A program made the position numbers and the translations under genes. The notes beneath the pieces were generated by a model. The model was not told the DNA's origin and did no database searches. It was given only the letters and a program-made list of their open reading frames with translations. A DNA stretch of 38,945 nt. It comes from a virus. Lineage: Duplodnaviria > Caudoviricetes. Location of the stretch: the IMG/VR virus record IMGVR_UViG_3300030376_005405, positions 1-38,945 of that record. One strand, given 5' to 3'. Shown piece after piece: positions 19,022 to 27,540 of this stretch; position 1 is the first letter of the stretch, and each line of letters starts with the position of its first letter.

Positions 19022-19217
19022 CCTCCTGCGGGATGTCCTCCTCTTTCATAGGAGTCCAGCCGTATGCCTTCGCATAGCCGTTATACCATTCGACATAATG
19101 CTTGACACATAACCCATGAGTCCCTGAATCAGGGTGTGCTGGGCGTTTACAGTCAGGGGACTGACAGGTCCCCCACATAGCGGTCATATTGGAATCTGTT
19201 ACCATGAAGGCGGTCAT
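19005..19217 (-). CDS. Small zinc-finger protein (C3H)
   Basis: CQSPDC...LCVKHY; TAATG-coupled to the upstream gene. Confidence 0.6.
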   Translation of the reverse strand: MTAFMVTDSNMTAMWGTCQSPDCKRPAHPDSGTHGLCVKHYVEWYNGYAKAYGWTPMKEEDIPQEVVEDA

Positions 19218-19369
19218 TACTCCTCCTCCTCCTTCGCTTTCTTTTCAGCATACGCTTTACGCTTTTCAGGGGTCCAACCCTGCATACAAGATACGCATCT
19301 TCTGAAACCTGAACGGACATTGTTTTCGCATTCCTTGACACAGCACATGACCGACATGAAGCGGGCCAT
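19217..19369 (-). CDS. 50-aa zinc-finger microprotein (not in ORF track)
   Basis: Hand translation MARFMSVMCCVKECENNVRSGFRRCVSCMQGWTPEKRKAYAEKKAKEEEE; TAATG overlaps at both ends and GGAGG SD. Confidence 0.75.
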   Translation of the reverse strand: MARFMSVMCCVKECENNVRSGFRRCVSCMQGWTPEKRKAYAEKKAKEEEE

Positions 19370-19653
19370 TATACCTCCTCCTCTTCTTCTAAGGAGGCTA
19401 ACCTCTCCGCCTTCTTCTTTTCGTAATCATCATCATCTTCGACTTCAACAACTGGTTCCTCGACTGGTTGATTTGACCTCTTAGCCACTTCAGCCAGTGC
19501 TTCTTGGAATGCTGGGGTTCTATGAGTTTCTAATAAATCGATTACAAGCCTAGCAAAGTTTTGATCACCAGTAAAAGCCACTGGATTTTCATGCTGAAGA
19601 ATGACATACTGTATTTCGCCATTCGGGGTTTTCATAGCACGAGCGGACCACAT
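19369..19653 (-). CDS. Hypothetical protein with acidic C-terminus
   Basis: 94 aa; TAATG-coupled on both sides. Confidence 0.65.
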   Translation of the reverse strand: MWSARAMKTPNGEIQYVILQHENPVAFTGDQNFARLVIDLLETHRTPAFQEALAEVAKRSNQPVEEPVVEVEDDDDYEKKKAERLASLEEEEEV

Positions 19654-19769
19654 TACTTACCCCCCCTAACCCACATGCTGTGACATGTTTTACACATGTC
19701 AACGCCGTGTTTATTCTTCATCGTAGCCGTTCCTTCGCAATGGATTCCTCCAAACTTACATTTAGTCAT
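19653..19769 (-). CDS. 38-aa zinc-finger microprotein (not in ORF track)
   Basis: Hand translation MTKCKFGGIHCEGTATMKNKHGVDMCKTCHSMWVRGGK; ATG directly follows the primase stop and its own stop overlaps the next ATG. Confidence 0.7.
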   Translation of the reverse strand: MTKCKFGGIHCEGTATMKNKHGVDMCKTCHSMWVRGGK

Positions 19770-20879
19770 TTAATCAACTCCTTTTCCATCATAAAATGGA
19801 CATTTACCAACGCATAATCCTTCTCGGTATAATGTGGGGCAGGTCGGTGTCTGATATTGTCGTTCCGCCCCATGTTTGAGATATTTGTGGGTCACTTCAG
19901 GTTTGTAGTCCGCCCACTGTAATTTTGATATGAAAGCATGTGCCTGATTGATTCGTTCATCAATAGGTATCTTGCTATTGGATGGAGGCCGTGCGAAGCG
20001 GTTGAAGTAATCGAGGAGATACATCATAAGATATACCCTCGGCAGGTGCGGAGGATTTGCACCTAACTCGCAAGTTGCTTCGGCTAGACATGGTAGCATG
20101 GGTATGTTTCCAATACGCTTCATCTCTATCTCAACATCTTCAGCATTAAACTCCTGCTTCGCAAAGCCCCCTTGAGGACCAAATGGATTATTTGGGTCAC
20201 GCTCTATGACTTCAAGAGGCATTCCTCTTTCACCCATGATGCACATACCCAAATTAGAAGGCTCTCTCGCTCTTTTATTTATGATGTCCCAGCCTTCTGA
20301 TATTCCACCTAGATACAAAGGAATCGACCATATATTGCGTTTGAAGTTGAATGAATTAGGAATGCGAATATGACGGTCAGGTCTGAATGATACCACTGGG
20401 TCTAATGTCTTCAAGTCCATGTCCCTAACCCACTTTGAAATCAAAGCCCTGCCTGATACAAGCAGGTCATTCAACTCCTTTGGGTTAAGGACATACTCTT
20501 GATCGAGATTGACCCATATATGAAAACCGCCGCCTGTAAACCAAACAGCGTGCCTCCATCCATTAGTCAATAGATGAGCGGACAAACGCCACGCCTCTTC
20601 AGAACATTGCTGTCCTGCTTCGTCATCATCCATACCGTTAGCAACGAGTCTATCCTTGTCTAAGTCAACAACGAAGTGGGGGACCACCGCAGTATTGTAT
20701 TCACAACGGTTTCCTTTTGTTTTCAAATCTCTAAAACCATAGACAGTAGTAGTTATGTTATCTTTACCATTGGTGGCTGAAACATACTTCTGTAACTGTT
20801 CCTCATTCTTTACAACCCTGCGGGTCCTCATACAGACCTCACGAGGAAAATGGCGAAACATGGAACCCATTGGGATCAC
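19770..20879 (-). CDS. priS: Archaeo-eukaryotic primase, fused PriS (catalytic) - PriL (Fe-S-type C-terminal domain)
   Basis: AEP motifs VVDLD, FTGGGFHIW and D..RHIRIPNSFN; C-terminal MLPCL...TPTCPTL..EGLCVGKC is the PriL-CTD Cys pattern. Confidence 0.88.
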   Translation of the reverse strand: MIPMGSMFRHFPREVCMRTRRVVKNEEQLQKYVSATNGKDNITTTVYGFRDLKTKGNRCEYNTAVVPHFVVDLDKDRLVANGMDDDEAGQQCSEEAWRLSAHLLTNGWRHAVWFTGGGFHIWVNLDQEYVLNPKELNDLLVSGRALISKWVRDMDLKTLDPVVSFRPDRHIRIPNSFNFKRNIWSIPLYLGGISEGWDIINKRAREPSNLGMCIMGERGMPLEVIERDPNNPFGPQGGFAKQEFNAEDVEIEMKRIGNIPMLPCLAEATCELGANPPHLPRVYLMMYLLDYFNRFARPPSNSKIPIDERINQAHAFISKLQWADYKPEVTHKYLKHGAERQYQTPTCPTLYREGLCVGKCPFYDGKGVD

Positions 20880-21349
20880 TTCTTCTTCTTCTTGGCTGTT
20901 TTACCGACCATTCTATCATCACGCTTTTTGACAGGGCATGTTCTAGCATTATGGCCTCTTTTACCACAATAACCGCACTTTACGGAATAGCCCTTTCTGC
21001 CGTTTGTCTTTCGCTTTCGGGTCTTTCTCGTGACAGTCTTCTTTTTACTAGGTTCGTATCTCCTGACATCAATCTTTGTATATGGTGGGTCGGTTGAGAA
21101 AGGACTCTCAATGATAGAAGTCTTTTCAGGGTCATTGTGTAAGTAATCACCGATTTTTTTGAAGTTTCTATTAGGGCTATTTTGAATGATGTCATCCAAT
21201 TGGTTCCTAACCTTCTCTAGTAATTCTTCTCTTTTCGCAGATGCTTTATGCATCCCCGACGCTTTTTCTATATCCTTTATCATCACAGCAAAGTGATGGG
21301 GGATTTCCTTTATTTCAACAGTCCATTGCTTATCCTTAGTATCGCTCAC
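20876..21349 (-). CDS. Basic protein with CCHC zinc knuckle
   Basis: CGYCGKRGHNARTC flanked by K/R-rich stretches. Confidence 0.7.
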   Translation of the reverse strand: MSDTKDKQWTVEIKEIPHHFAVMIKDIEKASGMHKASAKREELLEKVRNQLDDIIQNSPNRNFKKIGDYLHNDPEKTSIIESPFSTDPPYTKIDVRRYEPSKKKTVTRKTRKRKTNGRKGYSVKCGYCGKRGHNARTCPVKKRDDRMVGKTAKKKKK

Positions 21350-22389
21350 GCTTCCAACTCCTTTTTCATGTCATGGGGCATCAAAACCCTCCCGTATTTG
21401 GGGCAAAAGCCCTTGACCGCACACCAAGGCTCGCACAATCTAGTGGTTGCGAAGCCATTTGGTTTTACAGGGAACATCCAACCGTTGTTGTCCCCTGTAT
21501 ATCTCAAGTGCATTCTGATCAGGGACTTTAGGTCCCTTAGCACTTCTTGAATAGCATCTGTTCGGACATTCTCAATAAAGCGATATATCTCTTTGCCTTG
21601 TGTATCGCCCTTTGTGTGGTCCCAGCCCCAATAAGCCGCTGTTTTGCCACTAAACTTGTGTCCTTTGGATTTGCGAAGCAAATAGACATAGAATGCCATC
21701 TCCTTACGCATTGATTCTAATTTGTAATCACTGTGTTTCCATAACCCAGTCTTCAACTCATGGATATGCAAATTGCCATTGGCATCCATGAACGCCCTGT
21801 CGATGATTCCCGTCAGGTGAACCATTACCACTTTGCCATCGACTTCAATATCAACGATGGCGTTGATTTCATCTTCATTGATTACCGGCAGGAAGTTTTC
21901 CTTATCAGATGAAAGGAACCTGTTGGTTTCGATCATCATCATACGCTCTAAGTGTTCATGCTCTCCGAGTTTATATGGGCTAGAAGGCGTTACAACACCC
22001 TTGTATTCCTTTTCTTTGCTACAAGAGGGTATGAACCCTTTGAAGTATGTGTAAAGGTCACTAGGCTTATCCCTTAACTTATCAGCATAGTCCAAGTCAA
22101 CAGCGTTGTAAAAGTCCTCTATTGCATCGTGGACATTGGTCCCTCTCCGCATGTTGTCGTTTTCAACCTCTTTGACCCCTAGTATATATTTGATGAAATA
22201 CTGTTGTTCACAGAATTGGAATGTATTCACCGATGATTTGCTTACACGCAATAAATGTTCAGGGAGTTTCCCATCAATAAGGTGGTATCCATAACTAGAA
22301 TCCAACCCTTTGCCGACCTCATCAGGTATAGGGTGAATGCCCGGTGGCTTGACCCCTTTGATTCCTGATGCGGATGGTTGATTGCTCAT
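21346..22389 (-). CDS. Cas4/AddB-like PD-(D/E)XK exonuclease with Fe-S cysteines
   Basis: SKSS...FCEQQY, GTNVHDAIE, GIIDR, IHELKTG, EMAFY and C-terminal C..WC.....C. Confidence 0.85.
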   Translation of the reverse strand: MSNQPSASGIKGVKPPGIHPIPDEVGKGLDSSYGYHLIDGKLPEHLLRVSKSSVNTFQFCEQQYFIKYILGVKEVENDNMRRGTNVHDAIEDFYNAVDLDYADKLRDKPSDLYTYFKGFIPSCSKEKEYKGVVTPSSPYKLGEHEHLERMMMIETNRFLSSDKENFLPVINEDEINAIVDIEVDGKVVMVHLTGIIDRAFMDANGNLHIHELKTGLWKHSDYKLESMRKEMAFYVYLLRKSKGHKFSGKTAAYWGWDHTKGDTQGKEIYRFIENVRTDAIQEVLRDLKSLIRMHLRYTGDNNGWMFPVKPNGFATTRLCEPWCAVKGFCPKYGRVLMPHDMKKELEA

Positions 22390-22670
22390 TCATACACCTC
22401 GTCTATTTCATGATCAACGAACATATTAATAACCGCTTTTTTGGCCTTCTCAATATCGTTCAATGACAACTCCTCAACAGGTCCACCGTAATCGACAATA
22501 TGTTTTGTCATGTGATACAACTTTTTGAATTGCTGTGCCTGATAAGCGAGGAATGCTTGGGGTGAATCTAAAACCACTTTACGGTTCAATGCGTCATCGA
22601 AATACCATGTGCGACCATTGCCGGTAGCCCATTCGGTTTCTTTGTTTACAATTCCTGCCATATTTACCAC
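22386..22670 (-). CDS. Hypothetical protein
   Basis: 94 aa; abuts the upstream stop and overlaps the downstream start (ATGA). Confidence 0.6.
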   Translation of the reverse strand: MVNMAGIVNKETEWATGNGRTWYFDDALNRKVVLDSPQAFLAYQAQQFKKLYHMTKHIVDYGGPVEELSLNDIEKAKKAVINMFVDHEIDEVYE

Positions 22671-23846
22671 CTAGAAACCAACCATGTCTTGCGGGTTATC
22701 AAATGTCCCATCACGCAATCCGGGCCATCCAAACCATTGAGGCTCGTCAGGGTCACGGATGAATAATAGAACAGGTTGTCCACACTTGAGGCTAGTCCTG
22801 TTCTCAACAACAGTAGCAATTGATCGAGTCTGATTTGTCAACTCTCCCTTCTCATTGCGCTGTTCCTCGACACGGACATGTATCAGTTGCTGGAAATCAC
22901 CCTCGCTACGAGGCAGGATGTCAGGGACATCAGAACCTAGTATCTCATTGCCATTGCTGTCGTATGACGGCTTCATGTGGGTGATTACATAGCAATGCAC
23001 GCCCAGTCTAGCAGTTTCCTGAAGACCGTGCGGTAATGCCGCCCTATATCGGTTCTTACGAATCTCCCAATTGAATCGGCCAATCTTGGTGGTGGTCTTC
23101 TGACCAGTAGTAGCAATACCGTCACGGCCCAAATCAAGGTCATACACCTTCATCAATGTGCCACAGATGTTCAGCCATTGATCAGCACCGTCAAACACTA
23201 GGGTCTTCAGATACGGGTTCGGCATACGGCCATGCTCAACAAAGTATGCCGCTTGTTTTACGGCGACTTCGTGAGCGTGGTTTAGAATATCCAACACACG
23301 CTGGTATGTTGCTTGGAAATCATATGGGACACGACTTTGGTTCTGAACCATAACCCAAGGGCTAATGACAACAATGTTATCCTTCTTATCAGAATGGTGA
23401 GCCGCCTTAGTGGTATCTCCTCCTAAGTCGAAGTCAACATGCCATATTTCAGCACCACCCTCTATCTCCTCCTTCGTGAGGCTGTCTAGGACCATTCCAG
23501 TCTTACCGCTCTTGGCAGGGCCAGCAATCATAGCCAATACGCAAACTGGCGTATATTGAGCCATGATTCTAGCATCACGAACAATCATCGAACCGGGGGA
23601 ACCCCAATCAGTAGTGACAACTGGTGCTTGTGGCTTTTGAGGGGCCACTGTTTTAGCAACAGGCATCTCACTAACAACCTCCTCAATGACAGTATCCATT
23701 GAAGGGGGGTTCGTGTTCTTAACCGGAGTATTATTCGCAACTTCAGAAGTTGATGGCAGTTGATCGAATGCAGGCTTCTTCATATCAGAAGGGTCCTTAG
23801 TCGTATCAACTATCGCTACACTATCAAAAAATCCTGTTCCGCTCAT
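22671..23846 (-). CDS. RecA-fold ATPase (AAA_24/Sak4-like single-strand annealing recombinase)
   Basis: Walker A IAGPAKSGKT, HVDFDLG, Walker B TLVFDG, VITH; low-complexity N-terminus; lies between an SSB-like gene and a Cas4-like nuclease. Confidence 0.75.
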   Translation of the reverse strand: MSGTGFFDSVAIVDTTKDPSDMKKPAFDQLPSTSEVANNTPVKNTNPPSMDTVIEEVVSEMPVAKTVAPQKPQAPVVTTDWGSPGSMIVRDARIMAQYTPVCVLAMIAGPAKSGKTGMVLDSLTKEEIEGGAEIWHVDFDLGGDTTKAAHHSDKKDNIVVISPWVMVQNQSRVPYDFQATYQRVLDILNHAHEVAVKQAAYFVEHGRMPNPYLKTLVFDGADQWLNICGTLMKVYDLDLGRDGIATTGQKTTTKIGRFNWEIRKNRYRAALPHGLQETARLGVHCYVITHMKPSYDSNGNEILGSDVPDILPRSEGDFQQLIHVRVEEQRNEKGELTNQTRSIATVVENRTSLKCGQPVLLFIRDPDEPQWFGWPGLRDGTFDNPQDMVGF

Positions 23847-24172
23847 TCTAAAACCTCCACTTGTCCAACTTCGACCTTCAATGTGTGTGCAGGAGTCAAG
23901 CCTTCAGGGAATAGTTTGTCCAATGGGTCATGAGTTTCACAAGCGTTTAGGCTGAATGCCAAACCGCATAGAATCTCAATAGGCATCATGTCCCTGCCAA
24001 TTTCTTCAGTGAACACTTTGCCCGTTCTCTTGATAACACTGTTTAGGAATGTAGTCAATTCTTCGTCAACGATGTCCGCAACGGTGTCGCCCCACATGAG
24101 TCCTTCTTTGAGGCCTTCAGCCCCAAAAGCGATACCTCCTGTTTTGAGGTCTAAAGGCCACCAGCCCATCAA
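23843..24172 (-). CDS. Hypothetical protein
   Basis: 109 aa with overlapping start/stop junctions on both sides. Confidence 0.6.
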   Translation of the reverse strand: MMGWWPLDLKTGGIAFGAEGLKEGLMWGDTVADIVDEELTTFLNSVIKRTGKVFTEEIGRDMMPIEILCGLAFSLNACETHDPLDKLFPEGLTPAHTLKVEVGQVEVLE

Positions 24173-25491
24173 GCACCACCACTGAAGTCATTGAGTCCCG
24201 ATAGGTCACTGGTGACAGCATCAGGCTCTTGGGCGACAATAGAACGCATTGGCATAGCGTGAACGCTCATACCGTCTAGTGACATGTTACGGGAACCGTC
24301 AGTTGCATTCCATGTTCGTGATCGAACAACAATCCATACTCTTGAACCACGAGCATACGGTTTCCAGCCATCAGACTTGAGGACCTTCAATGCTTGGTGC
24401 TTCTCGACTAGGTATCTTGTAACTTCAACCCATAGACTTGCATCAGGGTTGTCACGGCGAAGGCTGTTACTACTGATAGTCAATGAATGCTTGAATCCAC
24501 CTTCGATGAAGGATGGTGCTTCTTTACCATCGTAATCAATGTAATCGACAACGCCGGAAATAGCAAATGTCGGACCGTATTCTTTGCCGTTAGGAGATGT
24601 AGTAGCATTAGCGTCGTGATACTCCCAAAGGTCATTGAGGTCAACTACTGGCATGAATTGAGCCATAAACTGGTCAGGCTTGAAGATGGCACTGGCTTTG
24701 TCCATTTGCTCATCAGGAACCCAATCGAGGTCATAGGAAGCAACCATGTTACCTGTCCTCAAGATAGTTTCTTCAGGGTTTGGCCAGCCCTTTGCTTCTT
24801 CAGCCTTGAAACGAATAGGCTTGTGCATCATCAAATCCATTTCAGCGGATTCAAAGGAACACTCTAGTGTTCGTGGAGGCAGTGGACCTTCAGTTAGGAA
24901 TGAATCTTTCTTGTTGCCGATAAATACCCATTCTCGCTTTGCCATGAATGCAGGTTTTGGATACTTTCTGCCATCTTTCTGTGCAATCATACCAATGTGC
25001 ATTTGACCACCATTGATCGGTATAACCCAACGAGGAGTTTTTCCTTCAGCCTTTTCAGAATGCACCTGTTTGTCATCAGCATCGACTAGAACCCAGTCGC
25101 CGCCATCATTAAGATATGCTCGACCAATAGGCACAGAATTGCCATTATACTGGATACCATATCGGAGAGTTTGAGGCAAGTTTGCTTCAGCACTTTCAGT
25201 GGCTAGTGTTCGCTGGCGTTCCATAGTATCTCTTCGGCCATTGTATGCTACAATCATGCCAACCCATTCATCGCCTTTGCCACCACTGCCGGTGCGCCTG
25301 TTCATACTAACATCGAAGGATGCAGAAAAGAAGTCTAAGTCATCGGCATCTAGGCCATCTAACTTCTGTCCATTCTGTGTCCATACTTCGGGGAATGAAT
25401 CCTTTACGAAGGTGCTGAATTGCTCAACCAACTCTTCGTCTGACCATCCTTTTGCTGTTCCAATTCTCTTCAGTGTATCATTTATTTGCAT
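24169..25491 (-). CDS. Putative single-stranded DNA-binding protein (RPA/OB-fold-like)
   Basis: 440 aa, beta-rich. The C-terminal part (FAISGVVDYI...YARGSRVWIVVRSRTW...SLDGMSVHA) looks OB-fold; acidic tail; recombination context. Confidence 0.55.
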   Translation of the reverse strand: MQINDTLKRIGTAKGWSDEELVEQFSTFVKDSFPEVWTQNGQKLDGLDADDLDFFSASFDVSMNRRTGSGGKGDEWVGMIVAYNGRRDTMERQRTLATESAEANLPQTLRYGIQYNGNSVPIGRAYLNDGGDWVLVDADDKQVHSEKAEGKTPRWVIPINGGQMHIGMIAQKDGRKYPKPAFMAKREWVFIGNKKDSFLTEGPLPPRTLECSFESAEMDLMMHKPIRFKAEEAKGWPNPEETILRTGNMVASYDLDWVPDEQMDKASAIFKPDQFMAQFMPVVDLNDLWEYHDANATTSPNGKEYGPTFAISGVVDYIDYDGKEAPSFIEGGFKHSLTISSNSLRRDNPDASLWVEVTRYLVEKHQALKVLKSDGWKPYARGSRVWIVVRSRTWNATDGSRNMSLDGMSVHAMPMRSIVAQEPDAVTSDLSGLNDFSGGA

Positions 25492-25540
25492 ACTATCATC
25501 TCATTCGCTTGTCTGCGGGATATGTCGTATCATCGACCCC

Positions 25541-25555
25541 CTTATCAAGGCTCAC
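25541..25555 (-). promoter_or_regulatory. Putative promoter GTGAGCC-TTGATAAG
   Basis: Copy of the recurrent motif in the intergenic gap upstream of the SSB-like gene. Confidence 0.6.
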
Positions 25556-26052
25556 TAATTCATGCGTTCAATTGTATTCTCTATCAATTTCAATGCATTA
25601 AGCACGCCCTGATGGTCTTTCGGTTGTTTCAATACCCCATTCAAATTACGCACTAGGTTCAACCCGCTTTGGTTCGATACAAACTCATCCATTCCTTTGG
25701 TGATCGACAAGACCCTGTTTATTTCTTCGGGTTTAGCATATACCTCACGAGGAGTAACCCCCAAAGATTCTAGGTATTGCGCTAGGCGGCCCGACATTTG
25801 AGGGAACCTGACTTCAGGCCTGATGATGTATCCACATTTACGAGATTGCGTTCTTTGGACACATATGTCCGCACGCATTGTTGTTACAGCCAATAGTCGT
25901 GTTATGTCATCATAACTCATTTGTGTTGATGGTGAAACAATTTCAGCCATAGGCTGTCCAGCCCCCCCAACACTTTCGACATCAACCATATCGGAGTTAG
26001 AAGGATGATTGTGATTATTGCTATTGTCAATATCCATAATATACACATCCAT
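25555..26052 (-). CDS. Degenerate single-domain LAGLIDADG-like protein
   Basis: ICVQR....KCGYIIRPEVRF and PKDHQGVLNALKLIE...MN resemble I-CreI-type endonucleases, but the LAGLIDADG helix is replaced by LLAVTTMRAD. Start codon uncertain. Confidence 0.5.
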   Translation of the reverse strand: MDVYIMDIDNSNNHNHPSNSDMVDVESVGGAGQPMAEIVSPSTQMSYDDITRLLAVTTMRADICVQRTQSRKCGYIIRPEVRFPQMSGRLAQYLESLGVTPREVYAKPEEINRVLSITKGMDEFVSNQSGLNLVRNLNGVLKQPKDHQGVLNALKLIENTIERMN

Positions 26053-26082
26053 CTAACAATAGGGTTCTCAATGTCAAACACT

Positions 26083-27522
26083 TCATCCAGTCTGTTCTTC
26101 CCCGTCATTCCCATCCATCCCTGTAATCATCTCAATTTCTTCGACTCCGATACAGTCCTTTATGCCCGCTTCAGCCATGACAGAAACTACCCTGCCATGA
26201 ACATACGGTCCGTAATCACCCCAGCCTGAAGCATTTACTTCGACCTCCACGAAAACCGGAGATTCTATTGTAAACTCATCATTAAGAAGTTTTGAATGAT
26301 TAGGAATCATTGACTTCAGGCGTTTTGCCACTTCGGGCGTTGCCTCGATCAATCCCACTGGGTAGTATGTATTGCCATCTCTAGCCCCTATCCTCCATTT
26401 GCCTAGAAGAGGGGCCTGACTACCATGTATTGACTGAACCCATTTGCCACTAACGACTCTAAAGATTGGGTTACGCTTTGCTTTGCCGCTCAACACAATC
26501 ATCTCGTAATGTGTGTTCTCATATGTGTGAACACCCCCCGCATTCCATAGTATGACGGCCCTATCTTTTGATAGATGTTGGCTAGCATCTGTCGGGTCTT
26601 TGAGTTTGATTGTATTCTTTAATGCCCACTTTGGCAATGTCTTCTGCAACTGTAACCTGCGTTGCTGATATGTCATCTCCGCTGTCGAAAGCAAATCACA
26701 CACTACTAACTGTCGGCCTCTATGAGATGCATATTCAACGAGATATATGCCAATAGGAAAACCGCTGTATAACTCATAAGTGTCATCCATTTCAACTTCA
26801 GAACCTGATGAATCAAACAGTTTAGAGAACCCCTCCGCTACATGTAATGTCATCCATTCGCCTTCAGGATACTCCATGTAACAATCCGTAAACTTGACTT
26901 CGCTAGGAGAGTCCACATATGTTGGTGACGGTATAACAAGTCCAATGCCGCATTTAGGTTCAATCAAAGGATGCAGGTCGCTTCCTTGAGATAATACGAA
27001 ACAGGTCCTTTCAAGACCAACGAGATATGATGCACGCTTGATCTGATAGAACAATTCACCATTGGCCCATGCTAATGCGGCGATGATATGCCGCCTCCTG
27101 ACAATACCCGCCCTGACGCTCATCCGCATCAATAGAGGATGCATGTCCCTTGAACACAATCTAGTGAACAATGGAACCATCAACTTAGCCCTGTCTTCAT
27201 TGTCATTGCATTCCAATACAGATTTCAGTATGCTAACCACACGGCCTGCATTCATAGTAGTGGATTCTGTTTGCGATAATTGTGAAATCAAATGGATTGG
27301 GTCAGGGTCATCATCGACCTCATCACAATGAGCATCAGTCAAATGAAAGAATATCTCCCTGAAGTCTTCATCAGATAAACGGGTATTGCTTTCAGGTGAA
27401 TAGAAGTAATACACCACCATGTATTGATTTGACTTATTGCCACTCAAACAGTTAGCAATAACCCGTTCAGGCTTCATCGATGTCATTACACGACTTGATT
27501 CGGCTAATGACCTAAACGACAT
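26083..27522 (-). CDS. ATP-dependent DNA ligase homolog, apparently catalytically inactive
   Basis: Ligase architecture: helical DNA-binding domain, nucleotidyltransferase core (MEYPEGEWMTLH, VVCDLL, YQQRR..L) and OB domain (FRVVSG.W...LGKWRIGARDG..YYPVG; VFVEV). Motif I has no Lys. Confidence 0.75.
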   Translation of the reverse strand: MSFRSLAESSRVMTSMKPERVIANCLSGNKSNQYMVVYYFYSPESNTRLSDEDFREIFFHLTDAHCDEVDDDPDPIHLISQLSQTESTTMNAGRVVSILKSVLECNDNEDRAKLMVPLFTRLCSRDMHPLLMRMSVRAGIVRRRHIIAALAWANGELFYQIKRASYLVGLERTCFVLSQGSDLHPLIEPKCGIGLVIPSPTYVDSPSEVKFTDCYMEYPEGEWMTLHVAEGFSKLFDSSGSEVEMDDTYELYSGFPIGIYLVEYASHRGRQLVVCDLLSTAEMTYQQRRLQLQKTLPKWALKNTIKLKDPTDASQHLSKDRAVILWNAGGVHTYENTHYEMIVLSGKAKRNPIFRVVSGKWVQSIHGSQAPLLGKWRIGARDGNTYYPVGLIEATPEVAKRLKSMIPNHSKLLNDEFTIESPVFVEVEVNASGWGDYGPYVHGRVVSVMAEAGIKDCIGVEEIEMITGMDGNDGEEQTG

Positions 27523-27524
27523 AT

Positions 27525-27540
27525 CTGAATATGTATTCAG
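27525..27540. promoter_or_regulatory. 16-bp palindrome (possible operator)
   Basis: CTGAATA-TG-TATTCAG fills the gap between the TFB-like stop and the ligase-like start. Confidence 0.35.

Noticed and set aside
19153-19341. 62-aa ORF from the track
   Set aside because: The alternative frame 19217-19369 has ATG, SD, exact TAATG coupling and a Cys motif.
21346-22389. Cas4-like gene as evidence of a CRISPR-Cas system
   Set aside because: No repeat-spacer array or other cas genes are visible; solo Cas4-like nucleases are common in archaeal viruses.
26060-26086. Possible further promoter copy (GAAGTGTTTGACATT) upstream of the LAGLIDADG-like gene
   Set aside because: Poor match to the motif, and the spacing to the candidate ATGs is inconsistent.
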